Of a DNA stretch of 64,000 nucleotides, positions 8,568-17,604 are shown piece by piece. The position numbers and the translations under genes were made by a program. The stretch's first letter is position 1. Each line of letters begins with the position of its first letter. This stretch comes from Polyangiaceae bacterium (GTDB taxonomy: Bacteria; Myxococcota_A; Polyangia; Polyangiales; Polyangiaceae): the NCBI GenBank assembly GCA_050287085.1, contig JBNKBE010000011.1:1-64000 (forward strand), read 5' to 3'. The notes beneath the pieces were generated by a model. That model made no database searches. It worked only from the letters and a program-made list of their open reading frames with translations, and was not told the origin of the DNA.

Positions 8568-9815
8568 CTAGAAGTAGTAGTGCAGTTGAGCGTAGAGTTG
8601 TGTGGGTTGCTCCTCGCGGAGCACCAGGTCCAAGCGGGCATCGAGATGATCCCAGAAAAACCAGTTGGCGCTGAGCCAGAAGCCTGCAGCGAGCTCACCT
8701 GCGCCCGGCGTCGCCAGCCCCAGCTTCTCGAACTCACCCTGATCGAGCAGTTCTAGCGTGCCCAGAAAGTGCAGCCCTCTCCAGCGCTCGTAGTCTGCCT
8801 GGACGAAGCCCGTGTAGCCCCAACCCCGCCCAGTCGTCTTGAGCAGATCGAGTTCCGCCAATAGCCCGAGCGCAGACATTGGGCTGTAGCGCCCCATAAC
8901 ACCGTGTGCCGCACGAACCGTCTTCTGGCCCGTGGCGTTGAAGTAGGGCCCCGCTTTGGATTGCAGCGTCATGCTGGTCGCCCCCACCGCAAGCTTGGGC
9001 ATCAACATATACTCGGCATAACCCGCGTAGCCCCGCTCTCGGTAGTTGTCAGGGCCGACCTGGATGTTGCCAAGCACCGCCATAAACTCTCCGCGCCAAG
9101 GCCCGTCGTCAAAAGCAAGCGCGATACCGTGTTGCTGGTCGCTCTCGCGATCCGTCTTCGTTGCATCGCGGGTCCAGAAGGTATGCTCCGGTACGCGAAC
9201 ACCAAAAGGCAGGTTCAAACGCCCCACCCGTAGCAGCGTGTCCTCGCCAAGCTCAGCGCCAACCCAATGCGAGCGCGAGAGCAACTGCACCCCATCACCG
9301 GAAGTCAGCTGCGCAGCACGCGAATGAGTGCTCGCCTCGTCCACTTTGGTAACGCCCACGCTGAGGCCCGCACGCAGCCAGCCGAAGTCCGCCGCACCGT
9401 AGATGTCCCCTTGCATCAATGGTATGAGCCGTGCGCCGTCACCCGTATCGCCCAGCGAATACAGCATCATCGAGCGCGCGCTGCCCCCCAAGCGCAAAGG
9501 CTCGGGTTCCTCTACCAGGCCACCGAGCCATTTCACGCGCTCGGTGAGCTCGGGCTCGCCCTCTTTCCAGGGCTGCACCATCAGCTGATTGCCTTGCACG
9601 CGCCCCATATGGGTCAGCGTTTCGCCACCGCTCGGATCGGTGTGGCACGTCGAGCACTTCGTGTAGCCGTGGCGAATCATCCAAGCGTAAGCATGAGCAT
9701 CGCTGGACCACGCCAACAGCAGCAACGCTGCCAGCAGCGCCTGCAGCCCTCGAGCTGCGAGCAAGGAACGCGCGAGCCAGCGACCGGCACGCGCTGGAGC
9801 GGGTTGGATGTACAT
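8568..9815 (-). CDS. Cytochrome c / outer-membrane beta-barrel fusion
   Basis: Signal ending AHA, YAWMIRHGYTKCSTCH, then ~300 aa of amphipathic strands ending YAQLHYYF. Confidence 0.8.
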   Translation of the reverse strand: MYIQPAPARAGRWLARSLLAARGLQALLAALLLLAWSSDAHAYAWMIRHGYTKCSTCHTDPSGGETLTHMGRVQGNQLMVQPWKEGEPELTERVKWLGGLVEEPEPLRLGGSARSMMLYSLGDTGDGARLIPLMQGDIYGAADFGWLRAGLSVGVTKVDEASTHSRAAQLTSGDGVQLLSRSHWVGAELGEDTLLRVGRLNLPFGVRVPEHTFWTRDATKTDRESDQQHGIALAFDDGPWRGEFMAVLGNIQVGPDNYRERGYAGYAEYMLMPKLAVGATSMTLQSKAGPYFNATGQKTVRAAHGVMGRYSPMSALGLLAELDLLKTTGRGWGYTGFVQADYERWRGLHFLGTLELLDQGEFEKLGLATPGAGELAAGFWLSANWFFWDHLDARLDLVLREEQPTQLYAQLHYYF

Positions 9816-10412
9816 AGATGGGCCTTTTCGCGCAGTCGAAACCAACAGTCAAACGCCACGCCCTCGGGCAGACGGCATTTGCGGCGCCCGCACCAGGGTC
9901 CTTTCGGCCACACGAGCAAATTACGCAAGCAGCCGGTGACACGCCAAAGGGCCCGCGGAACACCACCGACAAAAGCGCTTCGGGCAGCGGCCCAAAGCCG
10001 TCACTCTCGGCGCACGGTATGCGTGACTCGACTTCTGGGTCGAGACGCGACGCGGCGCGGCGCAACGCCTCTCGACCCTAATACACCCGCGTCGCTCCTC
10101 GTAAGACAGAGGCCAGCGCGACACTGTATTGCTCCCTCAGCAGGCTACGTCGACTTTGTCGCGCGGAGGCAAGACGCAGCGAAGCCCACGAACTGGTCAC
10201 GACGCCCGGACAAGACTCTTGCCAGTTTCGGCTTTACGGTGGGTCGGCCCCCGGCGCGCGACCCAAACGCCCCTTGGACGCGCAAGCGTTGCAGTTGCCG
10301 AACGTGCGGCCGAAAGGACACTCGTTCTCGAAATAGCGTGATCTAGGACCGGCCCGCCATGCACCATACCAACCCGCCGCCCAAAGCAAGCCTGTAACCG
10401 GAGCCTCCTTTC

Positions 10413-11450
10413 GTGCCCAGTCTCACCTTCGACCCTCAAACGCTGCTCCGGCTCGCAACGGAGGTGTTTGGCTGCGTTCCAAGCGTCGCTGAAATGCCGG
10501 GCGGAGCCTCAACGCGACGCTTCTTCCGCCTTTCCGCACCCGGACAGGCCAGCGCGGTGGGCATGTTCTTTCCCGAAGGCGCCGGCTCGGAAGAAGTGGG
10601 CCATGCCACGGGCAGCGGCGAATGGCCCTTTGTGGAAGTACAGCGCCTGCTGCGGAGCGCGGGCGTGCGCGTGCCCTCGCTACTCCGCGCCGACACGGCT
10701 CGCGGCTGGCTCTTGGTCGAAGATCTGGGCGACTGGACCTTGGCGACCCGACTCCATGCGTTCCCCGGAGAGCGTACGCTGCGCTATCAGCAGGCGATCA
10801 CCGGATTGGCCAGCGCCCACGCGAGCCTTTCCTCGCTGCCCGCCACATCCATCGTCGCACAAAGACGCTTTGATGCATCGCTCCTGCGCTGGGAGGTGGA
10901 CCACTTCCTGGAGTGGGCGATCGAAGCCCAAGGCATCTCGCTCACAAGCGAGCTACGCGCACGCTTCGCTCGTCTGGCGGCGACGCTCGTTCAGCGTATC
11001 GAGGCCCTTCCTTATGGTTTCACCCATCGCGACTATCAGAGTCGCAATCTCATGGTGCTGCCCGAGGAAGATCAGCTCGCCTGGGTCGACTTCCAGGACG
11101 CGATGCTGGGGCCCCGCGTCTACGACCTCGTGGCGCTGCTCGGCGACAGCTATCAAAGCTTCACCCCCGAATTCGTCGAAGCGCGGCTTGCGGAATACGG
11201 CGCTATCCGCTCCGTAGAACTCGAGACGCTACGACAAGAGTTCATCTTGGTTACCATTCAGCGCAAGCTCAAAGACGCCGGGCGCTTCGTGTATATCGAT
11301 CGCGTCAAGGGCGACAGCAGCTTCCTGCGCTTTGTCTCTCCGACGATCGACAAAGTGAAAGCGGCCGTCTCACATCTGCCCGAAAGGGACCCGCTTCGCG
11401 AACTGCTGCCCTGGGTCGAAACCGTCTGTGCCCCGCTAGACCAGAAATAG
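10413..11450 (+). CDS. APH-family phosphotransferase, AmgK-like
   Basis: GGASTRRFFR, LLVEDLGD, HRDYQSRNLM, DFQDA, YDLVALL. Confidence 0.88.
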   Translation: MPSLTFDPQTLLRLATEVFGCVPSVAEMPGGASTRRFFRLSAPGQASAVGMFFPEGAGSEEVGHATGSGEWPFVEVQRLLRSAGVRVPSLLRADTARGWLLVEDLGDWTLATRLHAFPGERTLRYQQAITGLASAHASLSSLPATSIVAQRRFDASLLRWEVDHFLEWAIEAQGISLTSELRARFARLAATLVQRIEALPYGFTHRDYQSRNLMVLPEEDQLAWVDFQDAMLGPRVYDLVALLGDSYQSFTPEFVEARLAEYGAIRSVELETLRQEFILVTIQRKLKDAGRFVYIDRVKGDSSFLRFVSPTIDKVKAAVSHLPERDPLRELLPWVETVCAPLDQK

Positions 11451-11493
11451 CACCGCGCCCCAGGCCCGCACTCCCGCCCAAGCCTACGCCAAG

Positions 11494-12690
11494 TCATGGG
11501 GCCTCTAACGGGCGCGGCATACCCTCCCCCAAGCAGAGCCATTCTGTGGCCCACGCTGTATCGCAAAAGCGCAGCGAGGCCTGCGCCGGCGTCGAAGCCA
11601 ACACGCTGCGGAGCGCCGGCAGTGCGCGCTCAACATCTGGCAGCGCCAGGTAGAGCACCAACCTTTCCGGACCGTATCCGGTCCCCACAACACAACCTAT
11701 TCCCCCTGGCACCAGCCGCCGCGTGATGGCCTCTTCCAGCTCGTCACGCAGGGTCAGCAAACTTCGAGCTGCGCCCCGTGCGACCAGCTCAACATAGACG
11801 AAGTGTTCCCCCATGCGGCTGAAGCGCCGCGAGGAGAAGCGCTCACCACTGAGATGCGTTCGGAGCATCTCAGGCAACATAGTCGTGCAGGTGCTAAGCC
11901 CGAAGCCGCATCCACCTTCACTTTCGTCGAGCAAATCGTCGAGTTCGAAAAGCACCCACTCGGCACGCTCACAAAAGCGATGGTATGCCATATCCGGCAG
12001 ACCTCCGACCACGCCGCGCACGGCTGCGTCAAGGGCCCCCGGAAGTGCGGTCATCAGCAGCGGTAGTGGTTGCGCTCCGGCTGCGACCACGGGCAGGCTA
12101 CGCCGCTTCTCCGAGCTCACCGCTGACAGGACGCTGACCTGGCCGATCCAATGATCAAACGCTGCATCTCCGAGCAAATACGACACCAGGTCCTCTGCCG
12201 CGTCCAAAGCCCTTTCGTCGTCCGCGCCACCAAAGCGATCGGAAGCGATAACCACGTCGATGAGGTGCCCTCGCCCAACTCCGACGCGCGCGCGCGCGGA
12301 GCTGAGGTCGATGCCGTGTTCGGCTTCGACACTCGACAACGACAGCGACAAGGGCAGCGGTGTTCGGCCGCTGCAGAACCGGTAGTTCGCTCGCCTAGGA
12401 GCCCGCTCCACGAACCATTCCGCCGCGGGCGCTCCTGCGCGTCCGTCGGCGCAACAGATGACCACTTCTACGACGCCGTCGGGAGCGGAGCGAACGAACG
12501 TCCGGAGCGGAGCCAGCGCAAAGGTCGAACACAAGCTGTCCACCCGCCTTCGAAGCCAGGTGGCGTCCGCTTCGCAGCGGTCCACGCCCCCGGCGGGAAA
12601 GGACGACCACAGGTCGTCTACCGCCCGCTCGAGGGCTAAGCGCTGCGCTGTCTCGCTCTCGTCAGTGGGCTCGAAAAAGCGGATCCGCAT
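11494..12690 (-). CDS. Hypothetical protein
   Basis: 398-aa ORF filling the gap between two clear genes; no family recognised with confidence. Confidence 0.7.
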   Translation of the reverse strand: MRIRFFEPTDESETAQRLALERAVDDLWSSFPAGGVDRCEADATWLRRRVDSLCSTFALAPLRTFVRSAPDGVVEVVICCADGRAGAPAAEWFVERAPRRANYRFCSGRTPLPLSLSLSSVEAEHGIDLSSARARVGVGRGHLIDVVIASDRFGGADDERALDAAEDLVSYLLGDAAFDHWIGQVSVLSAVSSEKRRSLPVVAAGAQPLPLLMTALPGALDAAVRGVVGGLPDMAYHRFCERAEWVLFELDDLLDESEGGCGFGLSTCTTMLPEMLRTHLSGERFSSRRFSRMGEHFVYVELVARGAARSLLTLRDELEEAITRRLVPGGIGCVVGTGYGPERLVLYLALPDVERALPALRSVLASTPAQASLRFCDTAWATEWLCLGEGMPRPLEAP

Positions 12691-12803
12691 GTTGCCGTCA
12701 ATATCTCAAAAGACCGATCCAGAGGTTGATATCCGGTGGGGGTCGGGTATTAGTACGCGCTCAATTCTCCCCCGGCCATTTTTAGACCCGCTGGAATCGA
12801 TGC

Positions 12804-13412
12804 ATGTTGATCGAGATTAATGCCGAAAATCCAGAACCCCGCAAGATTCAACGAGCCGTGGACGTGCTCGAACGGGGAGGGGTGATCGCGTATCCTACCG
12901 ACACTTGCTACGGTCTTGGTTGTGATCTGACCAACAAGAAGGCGATCGACCAGCTCTACAAGATCAAGGGCATGCCGCGGACGCAGCAGCTCTCGTTCAT
13001 CTGTCGCGACCTGGGTGACGTCGCCCGCTATGCGGTGCTGCACGACTACGAGTACCGCATTACCAAGCAGTACCTGCCAGGCCCCTATTGTTTCATTTTG
13101 GAGGCGACCCGAGAGGTTCCGCGGGCCGTCCAAACTCAGCGCAAACACGTGGGGATACGAGTGCCGAATCATCCGATCGCGCTGGCTCTCGTGCGAGAGC
13201 TCGGCCGCCCCATCATCAGCAGCACCGCTGCCCGACCGGAAGCTCCTCCCTACATCGACGCGCGCGAGATCAACCTCGACTTCCGCGGGCTCGACCTGGT
13301 TGTGGACGGTGGCGTCGGGGGCGAAACCCCAACCACCGTGGTAGACCTCACGGGCGAAAGCCCCGTTGTCGTTCGCGTTGGCTCAGGCGATCCGTTGCCG
13401 TTCGAGAGTTGA
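12804..13412 (+). CDS. Sua5/YciO/YrdC family protein
   Basis: GGVIAYPTDTCYGLGC, LPGPYCFIL, VGIRVPNHP, PIISSTA, PTTVVDL. Confidence 0.93.
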   Translation: MLIEINAENPEPRKIQRAVDVLERGGVIAYPTDTCYGLGCDLTNKKAIDQLYKIKGMPRTQQLSFICRDLGDVARYAVLHDYEYRITKQYLPGPYCFILEATREVPRAVQTQRKHVGIRVPNHPIALALVRELGRPIISSTAARPEAPPYIDAREINLDFRGLDLVVDGGVGGETPTTVVDLTGESPVVVRVGSGDPLPFES

Positions 13413-13448
13413 CGTCTTGGGAGAGGGTCGTCATGGTCCGACCCCAGG

Positions 13449-14318
13449 ATGCTGACGGTACAAGCGATCGAGGGCAATCGACAACGACTGGACGGCGGAG
13501 CGCTGTTTGGCAACGCACCGCGTGCGCTCTGGCAGCGCTGGCACCCCCCTGACGAGGTCAATCGCATCGAGACGGCATGCCGTGCGCTGCTCGTGCGCGA
13601 AGCGGGTCGTACAGTCCTGCTGGAGACCGGGATCGGCGCGTTCTTCCCACCGCAACTCAAGGAGCGTTTCGGCGTCTACGAAGAGCAGCACGTGCTCTTG
13701 GCTTCGCTCGCCGCCGCAGGTGTCGCGCCGGAGGATGTAGACGTTATCATCCTCAGTCACCTGCACTTCGACCACGCGGGGGGATTGCTGAGCGCCTACG
13801 AAGACGGCAAAGCCCCGGAGCTAGCCTTCCCTCGGGCAAGCTTCTACACCAGTGAGCAGGCGTTCGCACGAGCTAGCGCGCCCCATCCGCGAGACCGGGC
13901 CTCGTTCATCCCGGAGTTGCCAGCCCTGCTTGAACGTACCGGGCGCTTGCGCTTGGTGCCGGAAGGGCTCCGACAAGTAGACGAGTTGGGCCCAAGCTTC
14001 AGCTTCACGCAAACGAATGGTCACACCCTCGGTATGTTGCATACGACCCTTCACGGCAGCGCCCATTCCCTGTTTTTTGCCGCGGACTTGATCCCCGGGC
14101 GGGCCTGGCTGCCCACCGCTCTGAGCATGGGTTACGATCGCTTTCCCGAGCGCTTGGTGGATGAGAAAGCCGAGATCTTGGAAGGCCTTGAACGCAGCCA
14201 ATCGTGGGTGTTCTATACACATGATCCCGAGGTCGCCGCCTCACAAGTACAGCGAGACGCCCGCGGTCGATTCACGGCGGGAGCCACTGCGCAACTCACC
14301 GCCCCTTGGTCACTATGA
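13449..14318 (+). CDS. MBL-fold metallo-hydrolase
   Basis: SHLHFDHAGG, LDGGALFG, GHT, THDP. Confidence 0.92.
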   Translation: MLTVQAIEGNRQRLDGGALFGNAPRALWQRWHPPDEVNRIETACRALLVREAGRTVLLETGIGAFFPPQLKERFGVYEEQHVLLASLAAAGVAPEDVDVIILSHLHFDHAGGLLSAYEDGKAPELAFPRASFYTSEQAFARASAPHPRDRASFIPELPALLERTGRLRLVPEGLRQVDELGPSFSFTQTNGHTLGMLHTTLHGSAHSLFFAADLIPGRAWLPTALSMGYDRFPERLVDEKAEILEGLERSQSWVFYTHDPEVAASQVQRDARGRFTAGATAQLTAPWSL

Positions 14319-14363
14319 GAGCGTCGGCGCGCTCGAGCTCCCCCAGCGTGAACGGAACAATAG

Positions 14364-15029
14364 ATGGAAGCATATAAAACAGAGTTCATCGACTTCATGG
14401 TGTCAGCCGGGGTGCTCACGTTCGGCGACTTCGTGACGAAGTCTGGACGACAAACCCCCTACTTCATCAATACCGGCCGGTATCGAACGGGAAGCCAGCT
14501 CATTCGCCTCGCACACTTCTACGCCGAGGCGATCCGAGCCCAGGGGGTGGAGTTCGACGTCCTATTTGGTCCCGCATACAAAGGGATCCCGCTGGCGACT
14601 GCCGTCAGCATGGCGCTTAGCGAGTCCACGCGAGACGTCGCATTTTGCTTCAACCGCAAAGAGGCGAAAGATCACGGCGAAGGGGGTAGCCTGGTGGGGC
14701 ATCCCCTCGTCGATGGTGACCGGGTACTGCTCGTGGAAGACGTCACAACCGCCGGGACTTCCATTCACGAAACCGTGCCGCTACTGCGCGCCGCCGCCGA
14801 CATAACGCTCAGCGGTTTGGTCGTCTCGGTCGATCGCCAAGAGCGCGGTCGCAGCGAATGCAGCGCTCTGGCCGAGCTCGAGAGCACCTACAATATGCCC
14901 TGCTTTGCCATCGTCACCCTCGACGAAATCGTGGAACACCTGCGTGGACGCGTCGTCGGAGAAGCCGTATTGCTCACTGAAGAGCGACTGTCGGCGCTGC
15001 AACGCTACCGGGAGCGATACGGGGCCTAG
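14364..15029 (+). CDS. pyrE: Orotate phosphoribosyltransferase
   Basis: FGDFVTKSGR, LFGPAYKGIPL, NRKEAKDHGEGG, VEDVTTAGTS. Confidence 0.97.
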   Translation: MEAYKTEFIDFMVSAGVLTFGDFVTKSGRQTPYFINTGRYRTGSQLIRLAHFYAEAIRAQGVEFDVLFGPAYKGIPLATAVSMALSESTRDVAFCFNRKEAKDHGEGGSLVGHPLVDGDRVLLVEDVTTAGTSIHETVPLLRAAADITLSGLVVSVDRQERGRSECSALAELESTYNMPCFAIVTLDEIVEHLRGRVVGEAVLLTEERLSALQRYRERYGA

Positions 15030-16099
15030 CGCCCTGGCCCTGCCGCGGCAGAGCTGGATGCCTCAACAGGAAACGCGAAGAGCGCTCGCTGATCCCACTG
15101 CACCTGCTCGGGTTGACCTTCAGGTCCGGTTAGGATCGCCTGCATGCTGTCTTGCTGTCGACCTTCCAAGGGCAAGGCTTGACCCGGAGCCACAATCCAG
15201 TCGGCGGTGCCCGACGACATGAAACGCATCACCGAACTGTCCGCCATGGTGGCATCGATCAGGTAGCGCTGAGTTTTCACACTCAGCACCGCTGCCGCGC
15301 CTTGCTGTTCCTTGACCTCATACAAGCGATAAGCCATCACCTGCGCTCCCCCAAAGCGCTCGCGCGAGGTGGCCATCCATAGGGCGCCAACCCCGACGGC
15401 TTGGCTTGGAAACGCTAGCACCGCGCCGTAGAACGCGTCTGCCGCGGCATCCAACAACCCCTCCATCTGCACATCCGTTTGGGCCCCTTTTTTGACGACC
15501 ACCTCGGAGACGCCCCCCTGGGGCCCTCGTTTGAGGTCCACAGACGCACCTTTTAGTGTCGCAACGGCCCTGGGAAGCGACGGGGGCAACGCTCCTGGCT
15601 GATTGGGGTTGAGACCAACCTCGGCCAGGGAGAGGTTGAGGGCGTTCGAAGTATCGGCCTCCCCCCCCGCAACCGCAAAACCGAAGTCCACCGTTGGCAA
15701 GGCGCTGCGAGGACCGGTGCGCACGGACAACGACAGACTCCCCAGCGCCTTGTGCGCGACGGGTTTTCCGCCTAGCACCCCCAGCGCTCCATCACCGGCC
15801 TTGGCCAACACGACCTTGGGCGCAGCGCCGGGCGGCAGCTCCTTCAGCGCGCGCTCAGGCCCCAAGATCCCATCGGGCGGGGGCCCTTCTTCGCTGGCAG
15901 CACTGGACTTGCCTTTAGCCTGCGCCGCCTGGGTCACTTCGCGCGCCACGTTGGCGATGTCCGGGTCGACCGCTACGCTGGCCGCTGGCGCCGCTGTGGA
16001 CTCCGCCTCCGCCCCCGGGGTCGTTTTCTCGGAGGCCTTATTGCACCCGACGCCGGTTGCCAAGGCAACCCACGCACTGAAGAGAACCCAGTTTTTCAT
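15026..16099 (-). CDS. Hypothetical lipoprotein
   Basis: Signal ending GVGC, Ala/Pro linker, globular C-terminus. Confidence 0.75.
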   Translation of the reverse strand: MKNWVLFSAWVALATGVGCNKASEKTTPGAEAESTAAPAASVAVDPDIANVAREVTQAAQAKGKSSAASEEGPPPDGILGPERALKELPPGAAPKVVLAKAGDGALGVLGGKPVAHKALGSLSLSVRTGPRSALPTVDFGFAVAGGEADTSNALNLSLAEVGLNPNQPGALPPSLPRAVATLKGASVDLKRGPQGGVSEVVVKKGAQTDVQMEGLLDAAADAFYGAVLAFPSQAVGVGALWMATSRERFGGAQVMAYRLYEVKEQQGAAAVLSVKTQRYLIDATMADSSVMRFMSSGTADWIVAPGQALPLEGRQQDSMQAILTGPEGQPEQVQWDQRALFAFPVEASSSAAAGPGR

Positions 16100-16226
16100 G
16101 GCCGCCGTTCTAACGCACCGCCAGCAGGCTTCCAGAGTGAATTTTCGCAGGATTCGCAGGAGAGGGAGACGCGGGGTGAAACGCAGGATTCAGCGCCCTC
16201 CTGAAAGCCTACTGGGCGATGGAACG

Positions 16227-16260
16227 AAAACGAGGGACGCGGGAAGAACCCGGCCCCTCG
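16227..16260 (-). terminator. Probable intrinsic terminator of the small cytochrome gene
   Basis: Minus strand CGAGGGGCCGGG-TTCTT-CCCGCGTCCCTCG-TTTT, 20 bp after the stop. Confidence 0.65.
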
Positions 16261-16280
16261 TTGGCGCTAAGCGTAGGAAA

Positions 16281-16622
16281 CTACTCCGTGAAGAGCGCTT
16301 CCATCTTGCCGTCCCAATGCTCCTTGACGGCGTCGGCCTTGAGATCGCCACCGTTGGACGTCTTGTGGCACGTCGTGCACTTAACGTCCTTGCCGTACTT
16401 CTTTTCGTAGGCTTTTTCGGCCTTCTTCATGGCCTTCTTCAGCGCGCTGCCACCTTTGCCACACACCTTCTTGACCGTGGCGTTCTTGAGCTTCGAGCAA
16501 TCTACGTCGCCCGCGGCAGCGTTGTCGATGGGAGCGATGAGCGCCGTACCCGCGCCGAGAGCGAGGGCGGCAGCCAGGGTGAGGTTGCGAAACTGGACGG
16601 AAGCGAAACGATTCTGAAACAT
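16281..16622 (-). CDS. Small Lys-rich monoheme c-type cytochrome
   Basis: AGGAG RBS, signal ending AAA, CTTCH, extra Cys pair, strong G/C third positions. Confidence 0.8.
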   Translation of the reverse strand: MFQNRFASVQFRNLTLAAALALGAGTALIAPIDNAAAGDVDCSKLKNATVKKVCGKGGSALKKAMKKAEKAYEKKYGKDVKCTTCHKTSNGGDLKADAVKEHWDGKMEALFTE

Positions 16623-16906
16623 GTGATTGATTCTCCTAGATCCTCTCAGCTCTGGGGGCTGGCTTTGGGAGTCTACGCTCGATGCGTGGAAAAGGATCCC
16701 CAGTCGATTTGACAGAAACTCTCATCTCCCATCGCCCCATCAAGACCCAACGCGAGAGGCAAATTTTACACCTTTACGGCAATCTCTGACTAGCGGCGAG
16801 TGTTCAGATCAGAACGGGATGCTCTCGACCTGTACGGGTCACCCCATCGAACCCAGAGCATCAAACCCTGGATTGCTGACTCTCGGTCTCTCAAAAAGCT
16901 AAGCTG

Positions 16907-17344
16907 CTATTCCTCGACCGGATGACAACTGAAGCAATTGGCTTTGGTCTTGCTTCCGTGTCCCGTGTCGAACAGTTTCTGAAGGGCGGGCGTAACTTCG
17001 CTCATCATGAAGTTCGACACGTCCTCGTCGTATTCCATCGACTCGCCGATGGGATCGTCCTTCGGTAGGGCGTAAAGCTCAGGATTCGGCATGCGGTAGT
17101 TCACGAGCTCGGGCTGCGAGCCATGGCAGGTCTCGCAGGAGAAGCTCTCCTTGTAGGAGGCATCATCGTCCGCAAATACCTTGTGCATGATGGGGTTCAC
17201 CTGAGCCGCCATGAAACCCATCCGCTGTTCGTAGTTTTTTTCCGCCCAGCGGACGTCCGGTGCCCCAAGGTCAACCCCCGGGCTCTTGGGATTTCCACTC
17301 GAGCACCCCTGCAACGCCGCCAGCACGACCACGGCGGGCACCAC
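16907..17344 (-). CDS. Diheme c-type cytochrome lipoprotein (start uncertain)
   Basis: Lipobox LQGC, CETCH, C-terminal CFSCH; the 5' extension in the ORF track overlaps PBP1A. Confidence 0.8.
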   Translation of the reverse strand: MVPAVVVLAALQGCSSGNPKSPGVDLGAPDVRWAEKNYEQRMGFMAAQVNPIMHKVFADDDASYKESFSCETCHGSQPELVNYRMPNPELYALPKDDPIGESMEYDEDVSNFMMSEVTPALQKLFDTGHGSKTKANCFSCHPVEE

Positions 17345-17604
17345 CAGGCGATGAGCTCCACGACACCACGAGGTGAAGGCAGGGTTGGATGAGAAATTCA
17401 GCTTGAATAGGCCTGAGGGCTGCACGACCCGCAGCCTTTCGGAATTCGCGACCGGGGTCAATGCCTTAGCGACGGTCACCGCCTTCACTTCGCGCCCAAC
17501 AACAGAAGCAGCCGGTCGACCGCGCGACGCGGTGAATGCGGAACGAAGCGAAGATTCCGCAGCTTTTGCGCCTCGCCCCACGCACGGCCGGTCTATGTGC
17601 GCAC

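Noticed and set aside
9267..10346. 359-aa plus-strand ORF
   Set aside because: Antisense to the heme-porin gene, Arg-rich, no motifs
15603..16712. 369-aa plus-strand ORF
   Set aside because: Shadow of two minus-strand genes
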